Shown here: positions 38,218-46,800 of the stretch, piece after piece
How the letters are laid out: each line of letters opens with the position of its first letter
Numbering within the stretch: position 1 is the stretch's first letter
IMG/VR virus record: IMGVR_UViG_3300028586_000001
Span: 22,762-86,761 of that record
DNA length: 64,000 nucleotides
Reading direction: 5' to 3' (one strand)
Source of the DNA: a virus
Lineage: Duplodnaviria; Caudoviricetes
Notes under the pieces: model-generated
The model's database searches: none
What the model was told of the DNA's origin: nothing
The model's input: only the letters and a program-made list of their open reading frames with translations
Made by a program: the position numbers and the translations under genes

Positions 38218-38594
38218 TGAACTTGCAACTGCGACAAACCGGCCGAACGACTCGGATGATCGAGCGGGCTGTTGAATATCACGCCAACACCAAGCACCTT
38301 GTGATCATCCTGATGCCAACGCAACAGCATGCGAAGCTGTCTCAGCAGGACGTTTATAAAACGTGGCACCGGCTCACTGGTCGCCCTGACTTCCCGAACA
38401 TTCGGGTCGACTACTTCAGTGATGACTGGACGGGCAAGGTTGACTGGAAGACCTTGCGCCTCATAGGCAAGGAGTACGACAACGTACTGCTGCTTCTGGA
38501 TCACATGGTGGTCGAGCGGCGCATCGAGCACATACAGGGGACGCTCAACTCCCTGATCCAACAGGTCAAAGACCTCTACAAGTACACCGTTTAA
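38214..38594 (+). CDS. hypothetical protein with degenerate P-loop
   Basis: RQTGRTTRM followed by a beta strand and LLLLD. Confidence 0.55.
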   Translation: MMNLQLRQTGRTTRMIERAVEYHANTKHLVIILMPTQQHAKLSQQDVYKTWHRLTGRPDFPNIRVDYFSDDWTGKVDWKTLRLIGKEYDNVLLLLDHMVVERRIEHIQGTLNSLIQQVKDLYKYTV

Positions 38595-38605
38595 AGGAGC
38601 ATCAC

Positions 38606-40714
38606 ATGCTAGTTTCCCTCCACATGCAGAAATGGCGAAAGCACCTGGACAAGGTCATCACGTTCGCTGACGGCCTGAACGCGGTTCGCGGTGCCAACGA
38701 GAACGGCAAGACCTCGATGCTGCTGGCCATCGCCTATGCCCTCTGGGGTGCCAAGGTCCTGCCCCTCCCACTTGCCGAGTTCGTTACCTGGGGCGGTTAC
38801 ACCGAAAAGGATGTCAAGGTCAACTGTGTCATCCGTCAGGGCGGTCAGTTGTACAGTTTCACCCGTGGCAAGTCTGGCGCCGAGTGCACCCATGACGGTG
38901 GCATCGTCACTGGCCAGGATGAAGTCTCGGCCTTCGCCTCCAAGCTCCTCGGTGCCGATGGCAAACGCGCCATGACCCTCATGTTCGCACCGCAGGGCGA
39001 GCTGCGCGGCGCACTCAAGGCAGGTCCCACCGCCATCTCCGAGTACATCGAAGACATGTCGGGCATGGACCTGTTCGACCGCCTGATGGACGCTATTGGT
39101 GAGAAGCTGACCACCGGCCCGACCACCAAGCTCGACAATGACGTGTCCGACCTCGAAGGCCGTATCGAAAGCGGTGGGCCGGTCGAGCCTGACCTGTCGG
39201 AGCTGCGCGAGAAACAGTTCGACCTGGAGAAGACGTATCAGGCGTACCAGAGCACCCACAACACTGCCATCGACACCGCCCGGATGGCCAACGATGCCTA
39301 TACGTCGGCCAAGGCCGCTGCCGATGTCCGTGGTCAGGCCATGGTCAGCCTGAACCGCGCCGAAGTGAACCGTGACCGGCGCATGGAGCAGCTTGAATCT
39401 GACCAAGTTGCTGCCGGTGTCGATGTCGATGAGGCCCGCATCACCCAGATCGAGGACATCCTGCGCGACGAACAGGCCCAGGAAGCCACCAGATCGGCCT
39501 ACAGGGCGTTTTTGAAGCTTCCCACGGTAGAAGACGAGTGGGCAGGCGACGAAGCGTCCCTGAAGGCTGCTATCGCGTCTGAGCGGTCATCCATCCAAGG
39601 CAAGCAGCAGCGCATCAGCTCGATGATGGCTGACATTCGGGAAGCCAAGGCCAAGTTGACAACGTCTTCGATCTGCGGCTTCTGCGATCAGGACTTGTCC
39701 CAGTTCCCAGAAGTGGCCAAGCGCAATGCCGAGATCGAGGCAGCGGTCGCGCTGAAACAGGCCGACATCACCGAGCTGGAGAAGGACCTGCCGCAGCAAC
39801 AGTCGGACTACCAGACGATGTGCCTCATCCTTGACACGGCCGATCCGTTCCATGTGTTCCTGCGCAAGTACGATGCCTACGTCAACACCGACGCCGCTTT
39901 CGTACCATCCAAGGTCACTTGGAAGGGCGAAGTCCCGGCTGCAATGACCGATACTGGTGGTCTCCAGGCCGAGATGGTCAAGTTGAAGAACGCCCTGACC
40001 AAGAAGCAGGCCGCTGCCGCCCGGATCAGCCAGACCGAAGCCGATCTGAAGGCCGACCACGAGCTGGTGGCCGAGTTGAAATCAGCGGTTCCCGCGCCGG
40101 TCGATCTGACGGAGCTGGCCGATGCGAAGAAGCAGGCTGACGACAGCGTCCGCACCTGGAACACGAACCTGGAGGTCTGCCGCACCGACATCCATCGCGT
40201 CGAGACCGCCAAGGCTTCCAAGTGGGCCGAGTACGAGTTGGCCAAGCGTGCCTTCGCCCAGAACAGTGTGGTCTTGGCCGAGAAGCGCGCTGAGCGGGAC
40301 ACCCTGGTCTTCAACAACACTCTGGTCAAGAAGATCAAGGCAGCGCGGCCAGTGATCGCCGCTGAGCTGTGGGCGGTGGTGCTGTCGTCGGTGTCGGTCA
40401 TGTTCACCAACATGCGCGGCGAGCATTCGGTGGTCACCAAGGGTGCCAAGGGTTTCCTCGTGAACGACCGTCCGTCCGAAGGCTTGTCCGGCAGCGCACT
40501 GGACTTGCTGGGCTTTGCCATCCGTGTGGCCATGCTCAAAACCTTTATCCCAACGTGCTCGTTCCTGATCCTGGACGAAGCTACGTCGGCCTGCGATGAT
40601 GACCGCACGGCCTCGCTGATGGGTTTCATTGCATCGGCAGGCTTTCCCCAGACCTTGCTGGTCACTCACGAAGCTGCGGCAGAAGCCGTTGCTGACAACG
40701 TCATTATGATTTAA
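38606..40714 (+). CDS. Rad50/SbcC-like ATPase
   Basis: GANENGKTS, QGE, coiled coils with CGFC hook, LSGS signature, LILDE, LVTH. Confidence 0.92.
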   Translation: MLVSLHMQKWRKHLDKVITFADGLNAVRGANENGKTSMLLAIAYALWGAKVLPLPLAEFVTWGGYTEKDVKVNCVIRQGGQLYSFTRGKSGAECTHDGGIVTGQDEVSAFASKLLGADGKRAMTLMFAPQGELRGALKAGPTAISEYIEDMSGMDLFDRLMDAIGEKLTTGPTTKLDNDVSDLEGRIESGGPVEPDLSELREKQFDLEKTYQAYQSTHNTAIDTARMANDAYTSAKAAADVRGQAMVSLNRAEVNRDRRMEQLESDQVAAGVDVDEARITQIEDILRDEQAQEATRSAYRAFLKLPTVEDEWAGDEASLKAAIASERSSIQGKQQRISSMMADIREAKAKLTTSSICGFCDQDLSQFPEVAKRNAEIEAAVALKQADITELEKDLPQQQSDYQTMCLILDTADPFHVFLRKYDAYVNTDAAFVPSKVTWKGEVPAAMTDTGGLQAEMVKLKNALTKKQAAAARISQTEADLKADHELVAELKSAVPAPVDLTELADAKKQADDSVRTWNTNLEVCRTDIHRVETAKASKWAEYELAKRAFAQNSVVLAEKRAERDTLVFNNTLVKKIKAARPVIAAELWAVVLSSVSVMFTNMRGEHSVVTKGAKGFLVNDRPSEGLSGSALDLLGFAIRVAMLKTFIPTCSFLILDEATSACDDDRTASLMGFIASAGFPQTLLVTHEAAAEAVADNVIMI

Positions 40715-40722
40715 GGAGCTAC

Positions 40723-40968
40723 ATGGCACAGTCGATTTACATTTACGGTCCTGCTGGTTGCGGGAAGACCACGAATTCCGAGAAGCTGCGCAAGTACTTC
40801 AAGCAGGGCCGGGTCGTGGACGACTACAACTCCGGTGCCACATTGGTGACCGATTACGGGGACCTTGTCCTCGGCATCGGCGCTGCCAACGGGCCAAAGG
40901 GCATTCGCCGCATGAGCTACTGGGAGGCGGCGCGTGCTGCTGGCATTCCTTTGAAGGAGAAACTATGA
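40723..40968 (+). CDS. 81-aa standalone P-loop protein
   Basis: IYGPAGCGKT...VVDDY; AAGGAG RBS. Confidence 0.7.
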   Translation: MAQSIYIYGPAGCGKTTNSEKLRKYFKQGRVVDDYNSGATLVTDYGDLVLGIGAANGPKGIRRMSYWEAARAAGIPLKEKL

Positions 40969-41777
40969 CCACCTGTAACGTACCACCAGAGGGCTGGACC
41001 TGTTCCCGCGCTGCTGGCCACCCCGGTCCGTGCGCAGCGCGGCCCAGCGTGCAGTCCGTCATCGAAGAATGGTTCGAGGAACTTGGTATCGACATCGGTG
41101 TCAGGGATTCTGAGCACCTGACCGCCAAGTTGACTGAGTGCTTCGCCCCATTGGTGCCCGACGCCGACGAGCTGATGCGCATGCGCCGGTTGATGAAGGC
41201 ACTGGGCCACGATGACGCTTTCGATCAACCAGCAGAGTACATGCGTGGCATCCTTTTCACGCTACTGGGTCAGGCTGCTGGAAAGCTGGAACAAGCCAAC
41301 CAGCCAGCGCCGACAGTGCCAGCGACCCGTGAAGCAATCGAAGAAGCTGCGCAGGTCTTCGAGGCGGCGGCGGCTTATAACCGATCGAAGGGCCGCACGA
41401 TATTTGCGCACTCGCAGCAATCGCGAGCAGATCGTATCCGGAAGGAACTCGACGGCACACCAGCGCATCAACCAGCGCAGGAGCATGCCGAGCCTCGACA
41501 TCTTAAATGGGCGGAACCAAAGCCGCCTACTAAGGGTTCCCACCCCTACGATCACGTTACCGCGCAGACTCCTTTTGGCGAAATCCTGATCACTTGGAAA
41601 AGCTGGAAGGACTATCCAAGTTATTGTGTGGACACCCATCCGATCCCTGGCTACTTCCATGCAGCGGATACTCTGGAAGATGCGAAAAAGAAAGCCGAAC
41701 AAGACTACTTCGACGCAATCGCCGCGCAGCAGGAGCCAGTAGCAGCTTCTCAACAACTGGAAGGAGACCAATCATGA
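40965..41777 (+). CDS. hypothetical multidomain protein
   Basis: AAGGAG RBS; N-terminal C..PP.GW.CSR..GH.GPCAA motif. Confidence 0.7.
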   Translation: MTTCNVPPEGWTCSRAAGHPGPCAARPSVQSVIEEWFEELGIDIGVRDSEHLTAKLTECFAPLVPDADELMRMRRLMKALGHDDAFDQPAEYMRGILFTLLGQAAGKLEQANQPAPTVPATREAIEEAAQVFEAAAAYNRSKGRTIFAHSQQSRADRIRKELDGTPAHQPAQEHAEPRHLKWAEPKPPTKGSHPYDHVTAQTPFGEILITWKSWKDYPSYCVDTHPIPGYFHAADTLEDAKKKAEQDYFDAIAAQQEPVAASQQLEGDQS

Positions 41778-42319
41778 AGATCGCTATCATCGGCACTGCC
41801 GGTCGTGACAAGACCAAACCGCTCAACTCCAAGCTCTGGGCCTGGATGCTTGCCGACGCCTTTGCAAGGGTCCCGCTCGGTGCGCACCTTGTCTCCGGTG
41901 GCGCGGCCTGGGCTGACCACCTCGCCGTCGAGCTGTTCAACATGGGTCACGCTGGCGAGCTGACCCTGCACCTTCCCGCACCGTTCGACCAGAAGTTCGT
42001 CGGCCCGGCCAACAGCTCGGCCTCCGCTGCCAACTTCTACCACACATCGTTCAGCCGCGTCCTGGGTCACCACACCCTGTCCGACATCGAGCGGGCGCTG
42101 ACCAACGGTGCAGTATCCACGGTGGAGCCTGCCCGTCCTGGCTACGGTGGGCTGTTCGCTCGAAATTTGAAGGTGGCCAAGTCCGACATCCTTCTGGCCT
42201 ACACCTTCGGCCCCGGTGACGAGCCGGAAGACGGTGGCACGAGGGACACATGGAACAAGCACCTTGTAGACGTGGGTGCTGGTGGGTCACGTACCCACAT
42301 CACCCTACCCACTTTCTAG
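41774..42319 (+). CDS. SLOG/YspA-like nucleotide-binding protein
   Basis: IAIIGTAGR, LVSGGAAWAD, ARN..VA and GGT..TW. Confidence 0.7.
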   Translation: MKIAIIGTAGRDKTKPLNSKLWAWMLADAFARVPLGAHLVSGGAAWADHLAVELFNMGHAGELTLHLPAPFDQKFVGPANSSASAANFYHTSFSRVLGHHTLSDIERALTNGAVSTVEPARPGYGGLFARNLKVAKSDILLAYTFGPGDEPEDGGTRDTWNKHLVDVGAGGSRTHITLPTF

Positions 42320-42346
42320 TCCGATTCCGGGGCGGTAACCCCGGCG

Positions 42347-42361
42347 CTACACTGACTACAG
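42347..42361. promoter_or_regulatory. motif copy CTACA-CTGAC-TACAG
   Basis: Intergenic, right after hairpin CCGGGG-CGGTAA-CCCCGG. Confidence 0.45.
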
Positions 42362-42369
42362 GAACCATC

Positions 42370-42672
42370 ATGAAGCAAGCATCCCCGAACAAAGACCTCC
42401 TGAATTCGCTGAAAAGCAAACAGGTCACCATCAAGACCATTGAGAAGGAGATTGCAGCACTGGAAAAGAAACTGATCGACAACTGCCCGACCAAGATCGG
42501 TGACAAGGTTCGTGTCACAGGCTACGCCTATACCGGAAAGTCGATGCTGGTTGATCGCATCACCATCAGCCACAACTATGGGACGAGCAATTACAGCTTT
42601 AGCGGCCCCGTATTGAGGGCTGATGATACCCCAGGCAAGTTGCGTGGCACCTCACACCTGGAGATCAAATGA
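42370..42672 (+). CDS. hypothetical protein
   Basis: AGGA RBS; coupled to thyA. Confidence 0.65.
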   Translation: MKQASPNKDLLNSLKSKQVTIKTIEKEIAALEKKLIDNCPTKIGDKVRVTGYAYTGKSMLVDRITISHNYGTSNYSFSGPVLRADDTPGKLRGTSHLEIK

Positions 42673-43583
42673 TGAAAGACTTTCTGGCGCCATACCATGA
42701 CCACCTTGCTTTGGTCATGGACACCGGCTACAAACAGAGCAACCGCACAGACCAGTGGGCGATCACCCTGCCCTACGGCGTGACCCACACCTACGACCTT
42801 GCCGAGGGCTTCCCGGCCGTCTGGTCGAAGGAACTGTACTTCCCCGGCATCCGGGGCGAGATCATCGGCTTCCTGCGTGGCTACACCACCAGCGATGCCT
42901 TCGCCCGCCTGGGCTGCAAGTGGTGGGATGCTGACGCGAACGAGAACCAGGACTGGCTGGACAGCCCACACCGGGCAGGAAAGAACGCGCTCGGCAAGGT
43001 GTATGGCTACCAGTGGCGCAACTGGGAGGGTGAGAACGGGCAGAACATTGACCAAGTTCAGGTTGCTCTCGACCTGATCCGCAACGACCCATACAGCCGT
43101 CGTATCCTGATCTCGGCGTGGCGCCCTGACCACTTCAGCCAGATGGCGCTGCCGCCGTGTCACGTCATCTACCGCTTCCAGGTCAACGTCGAAGCCGGGG
43201 AACTGAACATGTCGGTCTATCAGCGCAGCAGCGATATGTTCCTGGGTGTGCCGATGAACATCGCTGGCGCGGCCATCATGCTCGAACTGTTCGCCGCAGC
43301 CACCGGCCTGACGCCCCGCTGGCTCACACACCACCTGGATGACACGCACATCTACAGCAAGGCGTTCTCTGCCGTCGAGGAGCAGCTTCAGATCATCCGT
43401 GGTGGTGAGCCTATGCCTCCTCCGTTTCTCTGCTTCCACAAAGAACTGAAGGGCCTCAACGCTAACGAGCTGGCATCAATCGAACCTGCTGAGATCGAGC
43501 TGATCGATTACAAGCACTACTCGTTGGTGGCAGAGCGGGTGCCGATGGCTACTACACGAAAGGGTGGCGATGCCGAAGTTTAA
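42669..43583 (+). CDS. thyA: thymidylate synthase
   Basis: LGKVYGYQWR, RRILISAW, MALPPCH, YQRSSD..LGVPMN and DTHIY; dUMP-specifying Asn present. Confidence 0.95.
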   Translation: MMKDFLAPYHDHLALVMDTGYKQSNRTDQWAITLPYGVTHTYDLAEGFPAVWSKELYFPGIRGEIIGFLRGYTTSDAFARLGCKWWDADANENQDWLDSPHRAGKNALGKVYGYQWRNWEGENGQNIDQVQVALDLIRNDPYSRRILISAWRPDHFSQMALPPCHVIYRFQVNVEAGELNMSVYQRSSDMFLGVPMNIAGAAIMLELFAAATGLTPRWLTHHLDDTHIYSKAFSAVEEQLQIIRGGEPMPPPFLCFHKELKGLNANELASIEPAEIELIDYKHYSLVAERVPMATTRKGGDAEV

Positions 43584-43635
43584 AGACTGCGACCGCGTAC
43601 AGATGCCGAAGTTTAAAGACCGCGACCGCGTGCAG
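43570..43635 (+). repeat. 33-nt tandem duplication including the start codon
   Basis: ATGCCGAAGTTTAAAGAC(T/C)GCGACCGCGT(A/G)CAG twice, 2 mismatches. Confidence 0.9.
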
Positions 43636-43797
43636 AAGGTGGGCGGCAGCTACCAGTGCACTGGCACCATAGTCGGTGTAGTTTTGACCATGAAGGGGTT
43701 TGAGCGCTACGTGTTTGAGATGGATCAGCCAGCAGGGCTTCTCCATATCTACGGACCGGAGCAACTTGCGCACTTACCTCCAGGGGCTGTTGGGTAA
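43570..43797 (+). CDS. DfrB (R67, type II DHFR)-like SH3-fold protein
   Basis: F.x.DRVQK.GG...G.IVG...T....E.Y..E.....GLLHIY pattern aligns with R67 recalled from memory; overlaps thyA stop. Confidence 0.6.
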   Translation: MPKFKDCDRVQMPKFKDRDRVQKVGGSYQCTGTIVGVVLTMKGFERYVFEMDQPAGLLHIYGPEQLAHLPPGAVG

Positions 43798-43818
43798 CAC
43801 CGCAACGTGTCGTAATTG

Positions 43819-43850
43819 AAAAGGCCCTCCAGAAATGGAGGGCCTTTTTT
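43819..43850. terminator. bidirectional terminator between convergent arms
   Basis: AAAAGGCCCTCCA-GAAA-TGGAGGGCC followed by TTTTTT. Confidence 0.9.
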
Positions 43851-43860
43851 ACGTCTGGAC

Positions 43861-46800
43861 TTAAGCGAGGTTCGGCGTACCGTAATTCGCTGCGGCCCAC
43901 ACAGCAGCTTGGTCTGCTTGTTCTGCCGTCAGCACAACTGGGTAGTCGATCACCCGGTAGATGTAGCCGTCAAGTGGAGCAGTAACCGTGCTGGAAGACG
44001 TACGTGCACCCATCGTAACCGTTCCCATGGTGGTTGGGGCAGCTCCATTCCCGGTGCCGGGAGTAGCCATGCCGTCGATGTACACCGTGATTGCCGTTCC
44101 GGCAGGATCAAACGTCACTACGGCCACATGCAGTGTACTCAGGGCGTTCCCGCCTGCCATCGTAACATCCGTGGTGCCGCCTGATCCAGAGCGACGTGCA
44201 TTGACGCTACCGTTCAGAAGCAATTGCTCGCGGTTGGCCGTTGCTGCGGAAGCAGAGTTCGCCCGGTCGAATACAACCGCTGCTGCGGAAGATGTCACCG
44301 GCTCGAAGATAAGAATCTGCGAACCACCGATACCTTGCGGGGCCACGCCACGAAGGTTTTGCGTGAACGCTTTATCGAACTTGGCCGCATAGCGGTTGTT
44401 CGGGCGCAGCACGCGGGTAGGTGACGATGCTGGCGTATCGTTGGAAAGCGTCAGCGTACCACCATCGGATGGGGCCACGGCGCTGATGATCGGCGGGTTG
44501 GCCGTCGTGTCCATCGTCAAGGTCGAACCCTTGTCGAAGTCCCACGAGTTACGAATAGTCGGGGAACCTGTGAGCACTGGAGGTGCAACACCAGTTCCGG
44601 TATTCGCTGCGGTCACCGTGAGAGCAAGTGCCGCCTGCTTGGTTTGACCGACGCTGTTTGTCACAGTAGCGGTCACGTTGCCACTGAACGCTGCGGTTGG
44701 AGTGCCCGTGATCAAGCCAGTCGAGTCGTTGTAAGACAGGCCCGCTGGCAAGCCAGACACTGCGATGGTTTTGGTGCGATTGCCGTTGGCGTCCGATACC
44801 AGAACGCCGCAGTCGGCCTTGGCGTACAGGTCATAGCTGTAGGCGGTGCCGACCACGACGTTAGGCAGCGCGGTCACAGTCCAACGTGGACCGATGTTGA
44901 TGATAGTGCGGTGTGGCACGCATGCGCTACCTGGCATCGAAGTGTACCGGACGACCATGAGGCGACCGGCCTTGTTGTCTGGCTTTGGCTTGGTCGAGGT
45001 GATCGCAGGTGTGCCGCTAATCTTCAGTGCTGCCAGGTCGTAAGTCATACCTGGAGGAACGAGCCGGTAGCCGCCATCACCATCACCACCCGGTTCATTG
45101 GACTCCTGCGCCCACGACTCGATGTTCTCGGTCACGGCGCCGCCCCAAAGGTCCGTTGCGGTAGGCAGGTTGATGTCGATTGCTGCGCCATGGTCGACGT
45201 TGTAGGTCTGATGCGCGATTTTCGGCTGGTAGCAGACACCCGTTGGGGTCATCGCCGCGTAGTAGGCCACGTCGATGATAGCGCCGGCTGAACCCGCTGC
45301 AACCCAGTCTGCATCGACATAAGGGTCTCCACCGAAATCGGCTGTGTGGTTGGTGAACATGACCTGGAATGGCCGGGTCACGTCCGCGACACCCGCGCTT
45401 CCTGCGATCTGGCGAATGTACGACAGGGCAGTATCGCCGCCACCGTTTGCCTGATTGCTATAAAAGTTGAGCGTACCGTCAGCCAGGATTTCAAAGCGGT
45501 AGGTGTAATCGACCCCGTTGAGATAATCGAACAGCGGACCACCGTTTTGTGTGCTGCCGTTGCCGTTCCATGCAAAGCGGTTCGACTGGATATGCAGACT
45601 CGTCGCCTCGAAGTCGATTTCGGTTCCGTTGTAGGAGCCTACGTTATTCACCTGCTGCGCCCAGAACGTCGGGTGCCAGCCGCGCATGTTGGGCTGCTGG
45701 CGGGTCAGGGCCATGCGAGATTCAAGCACAAACGGCGCCGTGATAAGCATCGTAGCTGCGGTGTTGATCATGGCCGAAGCGTTCGGCATGTCCGTTGGGA
45801 ACATGGCCCGCTCTGCTACCGATGCCGTACGGGACTTCAGTTTCAGACGCCCGCCCGTGGTTTGGATCAGGTCACTGAACGTACTCACCGCGACACCTCG
45901 ATTGGCGTCATTCAGGCCGGTGTGCAAGTGGTCCATGTCCGCACCCTTCAGTGCCAGAGAGCCTGTATTCGTCCGAGGACCATTCCCAGCTCCCAGGCCC
46001 ATGTACGAGCGGGTTGGAGAATACTTGCCCAGGGGAGTACCAGGACCAATGACGCTGACCGGCTCATTGAAGTCGTCACCGGCAGTGACAAGGTACGAAC
46101 GGCCACCACCTGTCTCGATGGTGCTGCCCACGGTGTACGGCCCGATGGCACTTGGCGATCCTGCGGCAATGCACACTGCGCTGTTGGCGCTCATGTTGGC
46201 GGTCGAGCCTGCACGGTTGGTTGCCGTGTCTACCACGGTGAACGTCTTGCCGACATCGGCTGCAACAGGGGTGTAGCCCGAAGCGGTTGCGACCAGCGTG
46301 CCGCCCGAGTAGATCGTGCGAATAACGGTTGCGGTCGGATTCGCGTTCTTGAACGTGCCAGAGGTGATGGCCAGAGGGGTGCCGACCTGGGGAGTGCCAT
46401 TGACCGATGGCGCTGTGTTGATCTCGGCCTTGCTGTCAACTGGTTCGACATAGTCGGAAGCCACACCCATTCGATCCATGAAGATCGTTTTTCCGCTGAC
46501 GGTGTCCCGAATACCAGTGAAGGGGATGGACAGCATGCAGTCGCTATCTTTCGATCCTGCCTGGATTTTGGCGTCACCGAATTTCATGGCAGCAATCGTG
46601 AACGCGTACCCGTTCTTGCTACCGTCGCACAGGACAAACTGGAGACTGGTCTTGGTGTTGTTCAGGAACTTGTCATACATGGAACCGTCAGCAAGGTACA
46701 CCTCCATCGTGCCGGTCACCTTAACCGTGCCGAGGCCAATGTTTGCGTTACCGCGCTCACCAATGGCATCTTGTCCACGCAGGGTGTTGTCGAGGGACAG

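Noticed and set aside
42669-43583. Base-hypermodifying dCMP/dUMP hydroxymethylase
   Set aside because: The dUMP-specifying Asn (PMN) and canonical ThyA motifs are present; no modification cluster is adjacent
46470-46500. Programmed frameshift producing a short tube isoform
   Set aside because: GGA AAA ACG is not a canonical slippery heptamer and I see no supporting structure
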